DNA from: Octopus vulgaris
Taxonomy: Eukaryota
NCBI GenBank assembly: GCA_951406725.2
Contig: OX597838.1
Span: 10,726,001-10,790,000 of the forward strand
DNA length: 64,000 nucleotides
Direction: 5' to 3'
Shown here: positions 1 to 12,649 of the stretch, piece after piece
How positions within the stretch are numbered: the first letter of the stretch is position 1
Layout: each line of letters starts with the position of its first letter
Made by a program: the position numbers and the translations under genes
The notes under the pieces: model-generated
The model's database searches: none
The model's input: only the letters and a program-made list of their open reading frames with translations
What the model was told of the DNA's origin: nothing

Positions 1-662
1 AGTTTTAGTTTTTGTTTATTTATCTCTATTTCTTATATTTATCACAGGTGTGTGCATATCTGTCTTTTGTGTGTGTATTACACTGTTTGTACCTGTGTCT
101 TTTTTTTCTCCTTTCTGCCTTTAGTCACCGTGTTGTGTGGTGGTGGTGGTGGGGTGTTATTGTTCCATTCATGTTTTCTGTTGAGGCTCAGTCTGTTTAT
201 TACTATGTGTATGGCCTCTGTAATCTGTCAAAGTGTTGTGTCAGTTCTATGCATTGATAATACCTTAATCTCTCTGTTATTAACCAAGCCTCTATATTCT
301 GCTTGAGCACTGACGAGTTAATATTTATGTTCCTGTAACTTGGCCATTTGGCAAAGGAGACCAATAGAATAAGTACTAGGCTTACAAAGAATAAGTCCCG
401 GGGTTGAATTGTTTTACTAAAACCCTTTAGGGCAGTGCTCCAGCATGGCCGGAGTCAAATGACTGAAACGAGTAAAAGAATAAAAGGACTACATATAATG
501 TAGACCTGCATATATTACTGTTGAAACCACAATGGAATGGTCTTGGTTGGAGCATCTCTGATAAAAGTTCTCTTCTTTTTCAGGGTTGAACTGGGACGTT
601 ATGTATTAACAACAATGAAAGAAACAGTTTTAATGTCTGTGTTCCTGTTTTGTTATTTCTAG

Positions 663-797
663 AAAAATAATGGCTCGCTCTTACTGATACCAGTGAAAAA
701 CAAGAAGCATAAGGTGTTTGGACTGTTGGGCATTGATACATTACACTGTCCCTGTGAGACGGCTGTGTTTGTTAACCACGAAATCAAATACTACCAG
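663..797 (+). CDS. EFCAB5: EFCAB5-like protein, internal coding exon (first visible; gene starts upstream of window)
   Basis: tttctag acceptor, CAG|gtcagt donor, phase 0/0; KNNGSLLLIPVKNKKHKVFGLLGIDTL..VFVNHEIKYYQ resembles the GAF-like region of EFCAB5 (GSFLALPL..FGVLAVDTL..FLPHEIRFYQ, from memory). Confidence 0.85.
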
Positions 798-1139
798 GTC
801 AGTCAGTTGTCACTTTTGTTCATTACCAAAGTATCATTTGGTAGAGTTGTTAGAATGTTGGACAAAAAAATTTTGAAGCATTTAGTTGTGGCCCTTTACA
901 TTCTGGAGGCACATGGCTTAGTGGTGAAGGTGTTGGACTCATGATTGTAAGATTATGGTTTTGATTCCTGGACTGGGTAACACATTGTGTTCTTGAGCAA
1001 AACACTTCATTTCACTTTGCTCCCGTCTACTCAGCTGGCAAAAATGAGTAATCCTACGATGGGCTGGCATCCTGTCCAGGTGAGGAATATATACGCCATG
1101 GAAACTGGGGAACTGGCTCTATATATTTATATATATATG

Positions 1140-1370
1140 TTTCTTTATTGCCCACAAGGGGCTAAACACAGAGGGGACAAACAAGGACAGACAAACGGAT
1201 TAAGTCGATTACATCGACCCCAGTGCGTAACTGGCACTTAATTTATTGACCCCGAAAGGATGAAAGGCAAAGTTGACCTCAGCGGAATTTGAACTCAGAA
1301 TGTAGCGACAGACGAAATACGGCTACGCATTTCGCCCGGCGTGCTAACGATTCTGCCAGCTCGCCGCCTT
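1140..1370 (-). mobile_element. tRNA-derived SINE family A (Meta-domain-like core)
   Basis: A/B-box head (GCTGGCAGAA..GAGTTCAAATTCC) and core GCCTTTCATCCTTTCGGGGTCGATAAA; near-identical copies at 5091-5315, 13058-13283, 22804-23035, 33055-33286, 46841-47072. Confidence 0.85.
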
Positions 1371-2101
1371 ATTTATATATACATAGTATGTGTGTGTGTA
1401 GTTGTGTACATGTGTGTATGTATGTATGTGTGTGTGTGTTTCCTTGTCTTGACATCACGTATACAATGTAATAAAGCATCAACATCATACACGCTTGAGT
1501 CATTCATTTCTTTACGAACATGTCTGACCATGTTTGGAAATAGTTGAAGGTTGTTGATAGGAAATGCATCCGGCCACAGAAAATCTGCCTCAATTCTTTC
1601 TGAGCCATAGAATCATGGAAAAGCGAATGCCAAACGCTAACTGTAATATTAGCTTCAAATTTTGGCACAAGGCCAGGGAATTTGGGTTAAGTGGGTAAGT
1701 CTATTACATCAACTCTAGTGTTCAATTGGTACTTCAAAACTTCCATGCTTGCATCCTTCAAAACTTCCATGCTTTCTGAGATTTGCCAACACTACACCTG
1801 ATTTTCTCCCCTCCATACACGCACAAGCATGTATCTGATTCATACATTATTTGCTTTCCAGACATTTGGACATTACTGCATACACTTTATACGCACTTTC
1901 TGACAAGTTGTGGTGCACCTGAGCACTGTATACAATAATTTCATTATTATTATTATTTTTTTACTTATTTTATTGACCCTGAGAACTGCAGCAGAATTTG
2001 AACTCTGATTGCAAAGTTGGAAGTAATGCCACTCAGCATTTTGTCTGACCCAGTATCAATCCTGCCAACTCATCACCTTCATACTGACTATATTATAAAC
2101 T

Positions 2102-2515
2102 TGGCGAGCTGGCAGAAACGTTAGCGCGCCTGGCGAAATGCTTAGCGGTATTTCGTCTGTCGTTACGTTGTGAGTTCAAATTCCACCGAGGCCAACTTTG
2201 CCTTTCATCCTTCTGGGGTCGATAAATTAAGTAAACAGTTACGCACTGGGGTTGATGTAATCGACTTAATACCTATGTCTGTCCTTGTTTGTTCCCTCTG
2301 TGTTTAGCCCCTTGTGGGTAATAAAGAAATAGGTATTTCGTCTGTCGTTATGTTCTGAGTTCAAATTCCACCGAGGCCAAGTTTGCCTTTCATCCTTTCG
2401 GGGTCGATAAATAAAGTACCAGTTACGCACTGGGGTCAATATAATCGACTCAATCCCTTCGTCTGTCCTTGTTTGTCCCCTCTATGTTTAGCCCCTTCTG
2501 GGCAGTAAAGAAATA
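2102..2515 (+). mobile_element. SINE family A head-to-tail dimer
   Basis: full copy followed by head-truncated copy joined at GAAATAGGTATTTCG; a similar dimer at 7801-8210. Confidence 0.85.
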
Positions 2516-2638
2516 TATATTATAAACTTATTGACACTTTTCTGAAATATCATTTACATTTCTCTTTATTGGCCAACAGACCTTAATGTTTCCATTTTTG
2601 ATATTTCTTTTACTTCACAACATCAACATCTTCTCAAG

Positions 2639-2892
2639 GGCATTGCAAGAGCTTTCAGCATCGCCTATCACTGCACTAAAATGCGTCAATGGATGATCAC
2701 GGTCCTAGAGAGCGGAATCCGATGGATGCAACGTTATTGCTTTTATATTGGTGAAGTTACTACATACATTGTAGAACCAGTCTTTAAAAGGAAAGACCTA
2801 AATCTAAAACCAATTATGTCCATTAATTCTGATGGAGTTACTACTGTGTTTAACAATCCTAATATCCTTCGAAGAAAGGCAAGCTTATTTAA
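2639..2892 (+). CDS. EFCAB5: EFCAB5-like coding exon
   Basis: ttctcaag acceptor, AA|gtgagt donor, phase 0/2; GIARAFSIAYHCTKMRQ..TTYIVEP..ILRRKASLF continues the EFCAB5-like sequence. Confidence 0.85.
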
Positions 2893-3249
2893 GTGAGTAT
2901 AATGTTATATTATATATGTTTATCATTTTTTCTAGTGAGGATGTAGTCAATTTTGGCTGGTGTGTCTACCAGAACGGTAGGTGACTAGGGGACTGGTAGG
3001 TTTCCTGAAGTTAGTATTGCAAACCATAAGATCATTTGCTGAGCTACAGGAACAAAAACACAGGCATAAAACATACATACACACACACACAAACAATGGG
3101 CTTCTTTCAGTTTCCATCTGTCAAATCCTCTCACAAGACTTAGGTTGGCCCAAAGCTGTAGTAGATGACACTTGCCCAAGATGTCACTCAGCAGGACTGA
3201 ACCCGGAACTATGTGATTGGGAATTAAACTTCTTACCACACACTTCCAC

Positions 3250-3838
3250 CAGTGCCTATAAGCCACACCTGCACCTATACACCACAGCTGCCCCTATAAG
3301 TCATGCCGGGTCCTATAAGCCATGTTGCTCCTGCACCTATAAGCTACACCTGCACATATAAGCTATGCCTACACCTATAAGCCATACCTGTGCCTATAAG
3401 CCACACCTGCGCCTATACGCCACACCTGCATCTATACACCACAGCTGCCCCTATAAGCTACACCCACACATATAAGCTATGCCTACACCTATAAGTTACA
3501 CCTGTGCCTATAAGCCACACCTTCACCTATACGCCACACCTGCATCTATACGCCACACACCTGCATCTATACACCACACCTGTATCTATATGCCACAGCT
3601 GCCCCTATAAGTCATGCTGTCCTGTACATATTAGCCAAAGTTGCCTATACACCACAGCTGCCCCTATAAGTCATGCCGGGTCCTATAAGCCATGCTGATC
3701 CTGCACATATAAGCTATGCCTACACCTATTAGCCAAAGTTGACTATAAGCCATACCTGTGCCTATAAGCCATGCCTGTGCCTATAAGCCATGCCTGTGCC
3801 TATAAGCCATGCCCATGCCTATAAGCTGTGCCTATACA
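3250..3838. repeat. degenerate ~18-21 bp minisatellite (GCCTATAAGCCACACCT-like) in EFCAB5 intron
   Basis: roughly 30 tandem CCTATA(A/C)GC-containing units ending ~50 nt before the acceptor at 3887. Confidence 0.9.
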
Positions 3839-3887
3839 GAACTATTTGTTTATTTATATATTGCCCAGCATCTTGTTTGCTTTGCAG

Positions 3888-4144
3888 GGACTATTTGTTC
3901 CATTGCATGGATTGCTCTATGACTGTAACTGCCACCTCTTACGACGAACACCACATAGCTTACCCTATCCGTGGTGTTGATGGTAAGGTGTACTTAATTA
4001 TGGATATTATTGCAAAGAGGCTGATCGCTCGTTTACCAAACTACCAACTCAATGAACTTCTGAGGATTCTTAGACTGCTCCAAACAGCTTATAAGGAGAT
4101 CTGGAATGAGCTGTGGGATAGCGAACAGCCCATCACATTTCTTG
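3888..4144 (+). CDS. EFCAB5: EFCAB5-like coding exon
   Basis: tttgcag acceptor, G|gtaagt donor, phase 2/1; DYLFHCMDCS..HIAYPIRGVDG..LLQTAYKEIWNEL. Confidence 0.85.
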
Positions 4145-4440
4145 GTAAGTTCCATCCATTTCTGGTTAATCGCTCCATCTTAGACCCCTTTCAGTTATGA
4201 CTGGTGATGGGATTGCACCTAGAAAGTTTCTCTCTGAGTCACAAGTCCGGGCAAGGTTGTTTATGGAAGACCAGCAGCCACCCATGCATACCAGCTTCCC
4301 CTCAGTATGCCACTGGTATTATCCAAGAGCTGGCAGAAACAAGGGGCTAAACACAGAGGGGACAAACAAGGACAGACAAACGGATTAAGTGCGTAACTGG
4401 CACTTAATTTATCGACCCCGAAAGGATGAAAGGTAAAGTC

Positions 4441-4622
4441 GAAATGCGTAGCCGTATTTCGTCTGCCGGGCGAAATGCGTAGCCGTATTTCGTCTGCCGG
4501 GCGAAATGCATAGCCGTATTTCGTCTGCCGGGCGAAATGCGTAGCCGTATTTTGTCTGCCGGGCGAAATGCGTAGCCGTATTTCGTCTGCCGGGCGAAAT
4601 GCGTAGCCGTATTTCGTCTGCC
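4441..4622 (+). repeat. 6 x 31-bp tandem amplification of a SINE A head segment
   Basis: GAAATGCGTAGCCGTATTTCGTCTGCCGGGC starting at 4441, 4472, 4503, 4534, 4565, 4596. Confidence 0.9.
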
Positions 4623-5494
4623 GTTACGTTCTGAGTTCAAATTCCGCCGAGGTCGACTTTGCCTTTCATCCTTTCGGGGTTGATAAATTAAGTACCAGTT
4701 ACGGACTGGGGTCAATGTAATCGACTTAATCCGTTTGTCCCCTCTGTGTTTAGCCCCTTGTGGGTAGTAAAGAAATAGGTATTATTCAAGAGAAAGGCAA
4801 AGGGGCCAATACAGCTTGGCACCAGTGACATCACAACTGATTTCTACAACTGAGTGAGCTGGAGCAGTGTGAAATAGTTTTCTTGCTTTTAATTAAGACT
4901 AATTCTAATCAGATTTATGTATCATTGGATTTATGATAATGCAACACATGCTTTAAAAAGAAAAAAAACTTTCACTATGATGACAAGTTGTTGTTGAGAG
5001 AGACATTCAGGGAGAGAGAGATTCAGTGAGAGAGAGAAAGAGAGAGAGAGAGAGTGAGATTCAGTGAGAGAGAGAGAGAGAGAGAGAGTGCGAGCTGGCA
5101 GAAACGTTAGCGCGCCGGACGAAATGCTTAGTGGTATTTCGTCTGCCGTTACGTTCTGAGTTCAAATTCCGCCGGGGTCGACTTTGCCTTTCATCCTTTG
5201 GGGGTCGATAAATAAAGTACCAGTTTCGCACTGGGTCGATATAATCGACTTAATCCCTTTGTCTGTCCTATGTTGTCCCCTCTGTGTTTAGCCCCTTGTG
5301 GGCAATAAAGAAATATATATGAAAGAATTAACTCTAGCTTTCGCATTACTCTGTCAAACGTAATGTTTATTTATTTATTTACATTGTTTTCAACTAATCC
5401 TTTATCATGTTTGTAGTGTTGAGATTTCAATGATGTGATTGTATATTTTCAAAATGGCATTGCAGGGTAGTTGCAAGAGGCAGGATCTGGCCAG

Positions 5495-5810
5495 TTTGAA
5501 CTTTACAAAGTCAGAAAACAGCACAGCTCCCATGACTTCAGGAAACATTTTTTCATGCTGAGAGTTGCTGAAGCGTGGAACAAACTGCCGGCATCGGTTG
5601 TTAGTTGTCGGAGCACTGCATCCTTCAAGACTTCCATGCTTCCTGAGATTCGCCAACACTACACTTGATTTTCTCCCCTCCATACACACACAAGCATGTT
5701 CACTTTCCAGACATTTCTACATTACTGCATGTACTTTATATGCACTTTCTGACAAGTTGTGGTGCACCTGAGCACTGTATACAATTAATTTCATTATTAT
5801 TATTATTATT
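5495..5810 (+). mobile_element. CR1-clade LINE 3' fragment with (ATT)n tail
   Basis: RKHFFMLRVAEAWNKLPASVVSCRSTASFK is the CR1 ORF2 C-terminal motif; copies at 1746-1955(+), 11337-11645(-); related 53500-53680. Confidence 0.85.
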
Positions 5811-5937
5811 ATAACTTAAAATGGAGAGAAATGGCTGGATTAAATGCTAAAGGGTTAAAATTTCTTTCAAGAAAAAAAAATACAGGTGGTGTTGTTGTTG
5901 AGAGAGGAATACAGTGAGATAGAGAGATAGAGTGTGT

Positions 5938-5968
<31 letters not shown>

Positions 5969-6209
5969 CCAATTGTCATCACTATAGTAATTAACAAGAT
6001 TTTCACCATATAGCAATTAAAAGAAGGTAGGTACATGCATGAATAACAAATATTTTTATTGGCAGTATAACAATAGGTAAAGACCTAATTTATTTTAATT
6101 AATAGCTTCTAGGTCAGCATTGATCAACCAGATATAGGATTTATAGCTCTCCAGCCTTGACCATCCCATCCCATTTTTTCTTACATAGATGATGTATTAT
6201 TAAATGAGT

Positions 6210-6595
6210 GGAGGCGCAATGGCCCAGTGGTTAGGGCAGTGGACTCGCGGTCATAGGATCGCGGTTTCGATTCCCAGACCGGGCGTTGTGAGTGTTTATT
6301 GAGCGAAAACACCCAAAAGCTCCACGAGGCTCCGGCAGGGGATGGTGGTGATCCCTGCTGTACTCTTTCACCACAACTTTCTCTCACTCTTACTTCCTGT
6401 TTCTGTTGTACCTGTATTTCAAAGGGCCGGCCTTGTCACTCTCTGTGTCACGCTGAATATCCCCGAGAACTTACGTTAAGGGTACACGTGTCTGTGGAGT
6501 GCTCAGCCACTTACACGTTAATTTCACGAGCAGGCTGTTCCGTTGATTCGGATCAACCGGAACCCTCATCGTCGTAACCGACGGAGTGCTTCCAC
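6210..6595 (+). mobile_element. tRNA-derived SINE family B
   Basis: head TGGCCCAGTGGTTAG..GGTTTCGATTCC; near-identical copies 8648-9035 and 10436-10800 (flanked by CCATCCAAAAGT direct repeat); related 15185-15535, 29111-29266, 31430-31745(-), 50990-51320(-). Confidence 0.85.
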
Positions 6596-8273
6596 ATTAT
6601 TAAAACTAAAACAGTAATGTTAAATTAGTCTTTCAGTGTTAAAGCTTAAACATTGTGTGTAGGTTTTCACAGACTGTTAGCATCATCATTTAATGTCCAT
6701 TTTCCATACTGGCATGGTTGGACAGTTTGGCCAGAAGTGGTAAGGTCAGGAGCCACACCAGACTCCATTGTGTTCTGGCATAGTTTCTATGGCTGGGTGC
6801 CCCGTCTAATACCAACCACTCTACAGAGTGTACTGGGTGCTTTTTATGTGGCCCCTGCACCAGTGCTTTTAATATGGCACCAGCAATGGTATCGATTCTA
6901 CTGTGTTGGACAGGTGATGATTTGAAATTTTTATGTGGGTGAAATTTTTCCTGACAACCAGGGTTCCCTACACCAGATGTAGGGGTTGCTTTGTTGGCTC
7001 AATTAGGGGTTGTAATAAACAAAGGTTAATCTAATTAACTATCCCTGTTTCTCTAGAAATATGTGGCTTTTGTGTCAATATAAGAAATAAAATTTCAGGT
7101 TTTTTGGATAAAGTTTTCAGAAATAACTTAAAGGGTTTACCATTAATTCTATGAAATATTTCTGGGTCCCACTAGTTATAATTATTAAGGCAGTGAGCTG
7201 GCAGAATTTTTAAAATGCTGGGCAAAATGCTTAGCAGGATTTCATCTGCCTTTACGTTCTGAGTTCAAATACATATCAGTCACACTTTAACCCTTTAGTA
7301 TTTAAACTGGCCATATCCTCACTTAGCGGTTCGGCAAAAGAGACCGATAGAATAAGTACTGGGCTTACAAAGAATAAGTCCCGGGGTCGATTTGCTCGAC
7401 TAAAGGCGGTGCTCCAGCATGGCCGCAGTCAAATGACTGAAACAAGTAAAAGAATAAAAGAATAGAAGAAAGAATATCCGACCAAAATAGCTAATCTGTT
7501 ATATGTTCAAACTGACCAGATCCAGGCCCTCACACCTACCCTACAATGTTATTCTACATTAAGTAATTACACCATCAAGATCTTGAAGATATGAGATAAT
7601 GCATGATTAATTCAAATCAATGTGAATCAATAAGCATTATGTTTGATAGAATAATCAGAACACTAAAGGGTTAATCACAATGGCTGCATCATTTATACAT
7701 AGTGGATGAGTAACAGTTAAGCATTGCTTAACCATTACTCATCCACTACATTTGTATGTTGTTAGGGCAACCAATATCTAGATTCACAATATTTAGATAA
7801 GGCGGCAAGCTGGCAGAAACGTTAGCACGCCGGGCGAAATGCGTAGCCGTATTTCGTCTGGTGTTACGTTCGGAGTTCAAATTCCGCCGAGGTCGACTTT
7901 GCCTTTCATCCTTTCGGGGTCGATTAAATACGTACCAGTTACGCATTGGGGTCGATATAATCGACTTAATCCGTTTGTCTGTCCTTGTTTGTCCTGTCTG
8001 TGCTTAGCCCCTTGTGGGTAGTAAAGGAATAGGTATTTCGTCTGCCGCTACGTTCTGAGTTCAAATTCCGCCGAGGTCGACTTTGCCTTTCATCCTTTTG
8101 GGGTCGATTAAATACGTACCAGTTACGCACTGGGGTCGATGTAATCGACTTAATACCTATGTCTGTCCTTGTTTGTCCTCTCTGCATTTAGCCCCTTGTG
8201 GGTAGTAAAAAAAAAAAATATCTAGATTCACTCTATACTCCAGTCCTTCTTCTTGTCTTTTCCTTCCTCTCAG

Positions 8274-8509
8274 CTGCTGAAAAAAAGAAGGATGATGAAG
8301 CCCTGCGAATTGCGGTCATGTTCGATCGTCTTCTGTTGATTGATCTCAGACAAAATATAATCAGCACGGAGGAGAGTGTTTATGATGAGCTTTGCAATTA
8401 TGGTCGTCCACCAGAAACCTTCTACTGCACCCTGAAAGCTGTCATCAGTATTTTCTATCCACAATATGCCATAATGGAAGATTATAAAGATTGGATTTTG
8501 CTGAAAGGG
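8274..8509 (+). CDS. EFCAB5: EFCAB5-like coding exon
   Basis: strong pyrimidine tract + cag, GGG|gtcagt donor, phase 1/0; RIAVMFDRLLLIDLRQNI..TLKAVISIFYP..DW. Confidence 0.85.
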
Positions 8510-9683
8510 GTCAGTTTTAAAAAATATTTTTCCCTTTTTTTCTTTTCTGCAGTGAGTGTCAAAGAAAAATACCAGTAATTTTAGTTCCATTTTTCTCACA
8601 TTCTGATTTTTAACTTTTTTTTTCTGCAGTGAGTGTCAAAGGAAAATGTGGAGGCGCAATGGCCCAGTGGTTAGGGCAGCGGACTCGTGGTCGTAGGATC
8701 GCGGTTTCGATTCACAGACCGGGCGTTGTGAGTGTTTATTGAGCGAAAACACCTTAAAGCTCCACGAGGCTCCGGCAGGGGATGGTGGTGATCCCTGCTG
8801 TACTCTTTCACCACAACTTTCTCTCACTCTTACTTCCTGTTTCTGTTGTACCTGTATTTCAAAGGGCCGGCGTTGTCACTCTCTGTGTCACGCTGAATAT
8901 CCCCGAGAACTACGTTAAGGGTACACGTGTCTGTGGAATGCTCAGCCACTTACACGTTAATTTCACGAGCAGGCTGTTCCGTTGATTCGGATCAACCGGA
9001 ACCCTCATCGTCGTAACCGACGGAGTGCTTCCATCCAAAGAAAAATACCAGTAATTTTAGTTCCACTTTCTCACATTCTGATTTTTAACTTTTTTTTGTT
9101 ACAAATAGGTGCAGGCATTGCTGTGTGGTAGGAAGCTTTTTTCTCAACCACATGGTTCCGGGTTCAGTCCACTTTGCTGCAGCTTGGCCAAGTGCCGTCA
9201 ATTATAGCCTTAGACCAACCAAAGCCTTGTAAGTGGAGTTAGTTGAGTGAAGCTGAAAGAAACCGGTCAAGTGTATAAATATATATAGAGGGGTAAAAAC
9301 AATATGGAAGGATCAGTTAATTGGGATTTTATTCAACATATTATCCCCACACTTATTGCAGGGGTTTTTCAGCTTTTCTAAGCCCTGTAAAAGAACTCAG
9401 ATAGTTGGGCCACTTACCAGGCCTTTTGAGATGCCCTTAAAATCTGGAACTTTTCAGTACCCTATCCTTAGGAAAAAGAATTCTCATTAGTATTATTATT
9501 ATCTCGATTAAAGGCAGTGCTCCAGCATGGCCGCAGTCAAATGACTGAAACGAGTAAAAGAGAGTAAGTCACTGGACTAAAATAAATTTCTGATTTTGGA
9601 AAAACTGAACCTGACAGATTTCTGGCTTAAATATGGCCCACACATATTCTAACGTTTGTTTTTGTCTTTTTATTTGGTTCTAG

Positions 9684-9774
9684 TTTATAAATTCAGAACT
9701 CCATGAAAAGATTGATGAGTTTGACCCAACTGCTGAGGAATTTGATGGGGACAGTGTCAAAAAATATCTTGAAG
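9684..9774 (+). CDS. EFCAB5: EFCAB5-like coding exon (missed by ORF track)
   Basis: ttctag acceptor, G|gtaaat donor, phase 0/1; FINSELHEKIDEFDPTAEEFDGDSVKKYLE contains the FDPTA motif. Confidence 0.85.
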
Positions 9775-9808
9775 GTAAATATACTGAATCTGTTATTTTA
9801 TATCCAGT

Positions 9809-9982
9809 ATAGGCGTAGGAGTGACTGTGTGGTAAGTAGCTTGCCTACGAACCACATGGTTCCGGGTTCAGTCCCACTGCGTGGCATCTTGGCCAAGTGT
9901 CTTCTGCTATAGCCCCGGGCCAACCAATGCCTTGTGAGTGGATTTGGTAGACAGAAACTGAAAAAAGCCTGTCGTATATATG

Positions 9983-10013
<31 letters not shown>

Positions 10014-10215
10014 ATGTGTTTGTGTGTTTGTCCTCCTAGCATCGCTTGACAACCGATGCTGGTGTGTTTACGTCCCCGTCACTTAGCGGTTCGGTAAAAG
10101 AGACCGATGGAATAAGTACTGGGCTTACAAAGAATAAGTCCCGGGGTCGATTTGTTCGACTAAAGGCGGTGCTCCAGCATGGCCGTAGTCAAATGACTGA
10201 AACAAGTAAAAGAGA
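9809..10215 (+). mobile_element. tRNA-derived SINE family C (CORE-like)
   Basis: GGTTCAGTCCC B-box, CTTGG(G/C)CAAGT core-like motif, internal (TA/TG)n and tail ..TGACTGAAACAAGTAAAAGA; also 30956-31330, 51900-52400(-). Confidence 0.75.
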
Positions 10216-11060
10216 GAGAGAGAGAGAGAGTAAAGAGTAACATTGAAATGCCATAAAGTATTGACTATTGCAAACGCTTTTGAGGTTTGTTTTCTGATCC
10301 TGGCCAACTGGTAGGAGAGAGAGGATATTGAGTTTAAAATCATTCCTGTAATCACACACACACACACACAAATGCATGTACATATACACACATCATTAAC
10401 CCTTTAGCATTTAAACCAGCCATATCCATCCAAAAGTGGTTAGGGCAGCGGACTCGCGGTCGTAGGATCGCGGTTTCGATTCCCAGACCGGGCGTTGTGA
10501 GTGTTTATTGAGCGAAAACACCTAAAAGCTCCACAAGGCTCCGGCAGGGGATGGTGGTGATCCCTGCTGTACTCTTTCACCACAACTTTCTCTCCCTCTT
10601 ACTTCCTGTTTCTGTTGTACCTGTATTTCAAAGGGCCGGCCTTGTCACTCTCTGTGTCACGCTGAATATCCCCGAGAACTACGTTAAGGGTACACGTGTC
10701 TGTGGAGTGCTCAGCCACTTACACGTTAATTTCACGAGCAGGCTGTTCCGTTGATCGGATCAACCGGAACCCTCGTCGTCGTAAGCGACGGAGTGCTTCC
10801 ATCCATCCAAAAGTATTCTACCTGTTTTATGTTCAAACAAACCAGATCTGGTCTCTCACACCAACCCTACAATATCGTTTTAAAAATTAACAGCTACCTC
10901 ATCAAAATCTCAAAGCTACAAGATAATGCATGATTAGTTCAAAGCAATGTGGATAAAAAAGGATTAATTTTGGCAGAATAATGCAAACACTAAAGGGTTA
11001 ATATTCTCTCACCTGTATTCTACAAGTATTAACTGTCTCTGTTTCTTCTCTCTCCTACAG

Positions 11061-11212
11061 ATATTTTACCAGGTAATGCTATGAAACTCGGTTTCTGGCC
11101 TGTGGAATATTTATATTTTTGGCTGCATGTCTGTGTCTCTCTTAGAGAACATGTGAAAGAGTCACTACACGACCCCGCTGATAACACAGAACAGCAGCCT
11201 CCCCCAGAGTAA
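11061..11212 (+). CDS. EFCAB5: EFCAB5-like terminal coding exon
   Basis: ctctcctacag acceptor, phase 1; DILPGNAMKLGFWPVEYLYFWLHVCVSL..PPPE then TAA at 11210-11212; matches the EHLYHWIHICSAL-type C-terminal motif. Confidence 0.85.
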
Positions 11213-11284
11213 TCTAAATGCAGTGAGACAAACATTTTAATTAAGATTTGAATTTTATAAACAGATTTTGAAGTTCAGTAAAAA

Positions 11285-11290
11285 ATTAAA
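11285..11290 (+). promoter_or_regulatory. candidate poly(A) signal ATTAAA of EFCAB5-like gene
   Basis: variant hexamer ~73 nt after the stop, followed by T-rich sequence. Confidence 0.4.
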
Positions 11291-12104
11291 ATGATTTTAT
11301 AGAAAAATTTACCAAATGTTTTTGTTATTGATTTCTAATAATAATAATAATAATGAAATTATTGTATACAGTGCTCAGGTGCACCACAACTTGTCAGAAA
11401 GTGCATATAAAGTACATGCAGTAATGTAGAAATGTCTGGAAAGCGAACAATGTATGAGTCAGATACATGCTTGTGTGTGTATGGAGGGGAGAAAATCGAG
11501 TGTAGTGTTGGCGAATCTCAGGAAGCATGGAAGTTTTGAAGGATGCAGTGCTCCGACAACTAACAACTGATGCCGGCAGTTTGTTCCATGCTTCAGCAAC
11601 TCTCAGCGTGAAAAAAATGTTTCCTGAAGTCATGGGAGCTGTGCTATTTAACAAGTTATTAAATTCTTATATCTATACCTGTTGCCCAAGAATGAAATTG
11701 TTCCTTAGGAATTACAACCGTGTTTCGTGGTCTGCTACCACAACAGCTCCTTTATAGGATCCAGTTTGCTCAAGACATCATCAGGAGGAACCACGTCCGG
11801 TTTCGGCCCCTACTCCTCTACCGTTTTGATGTGGCAGCCCCCACCTCACTTTCGGAGGTGTCTTCAGCTCTGGTGGTGGGTGCATGTCTTCTTTCTTCTG
11901 TTCCCTGGCCTCTTCGATGTAGCGTCAATGAGTGTCAGCCGGCGACTGACTGACTTGTCAAATTTTTTCCCTTTATTGGAAGAAGAAAAGAAGCAAAATA
12001 TGCTGTATAGAAATTTGTTATTCTAAATTGAATTTATTCTTCAATTGGGAAATCAATTCTGAATTCATAATACAATAATAATAAATAATAATAAAAAACC
12101 TTAC

Positions 12105-12345
12105 CATATGCACACCATTGTTCTGGAAGAAGTTTAGGTTCATTTTCATTCACAAATGCAACCAAATCTGTCTCTCTTGCTATGCCTCTTGAAGTTAAAT
12201 CACTAATTTGACGGTTTGTTTTCAGCAGTCCAGAGCCAGGCCCTTGTCTCCCATGGCCAAAACTTGATCCTCAATTTGAATGAGTGCTTGGTTAAAAATT
12301 TCAGAGAACTGTATATTGATATCTGGGTTTGCCTGATCTGTGAGA
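12105..12345 (-). pseudogene. frameshifted Helitron RepHel (Pif1 helicase-proximal) fragment
   Basis: QANPDINIQFSEIFNQALIQIEDQVLAMGDKGL / frameshift / ARETDLVAFVNENEPKLLPEQWCAY resembles the linker just before Pif1 motif I in Helitron RepHel (from memory). Confidence 0.6.
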
Positions 12346-12649
12346 CCCACAAAAGCCACTTTTAAGACCGGATCAACACCCATAGTGACGCTAACAACTT
12401 AAAAAGACTTTCCCGCCCCTATATAGGATCTCTTTTCATTTTCTTCCAATTGCTTGATGGTTCATCTTGCTCCAGTTCACTCAACTGGCCAAAATGAGCT
12501 GTAGCTGTAATTGAAAGGGGCCAGCCTTGTCCTATGCTGTGTGAGGCTGAATCTCCCTGAGAACTACGTTAATAGTATTTATTTTTTTATTTATTTTATC
12601 TAGTTTCAGCTCACGAGCTGTGGCCATGCTGGGGCACCGCCATATATAT

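Noticed and set aside
4441-4622. CRISPR-like 31-bp repeats
   Set aside because: Units are contiguous with no spacers, derive from a SINE head, and the context is eukaryotic
6210-6290. tRNA gene
   Set aside because: A/B boxes continue into a multi-copy SINE body; no complete cloverleaf seen
7746-8187. Recurrent ORF MRNWY..RPRKDERQSRPRRNLNSE at many loci
   Set aside because: Antisense translation of SINE A, not a gene family
12222-12383. Small standalone gene MGVDPVLK..LALDC with TATA box
   Set aside because: Better explained as a frameshifted Helitron remnant; no independent support
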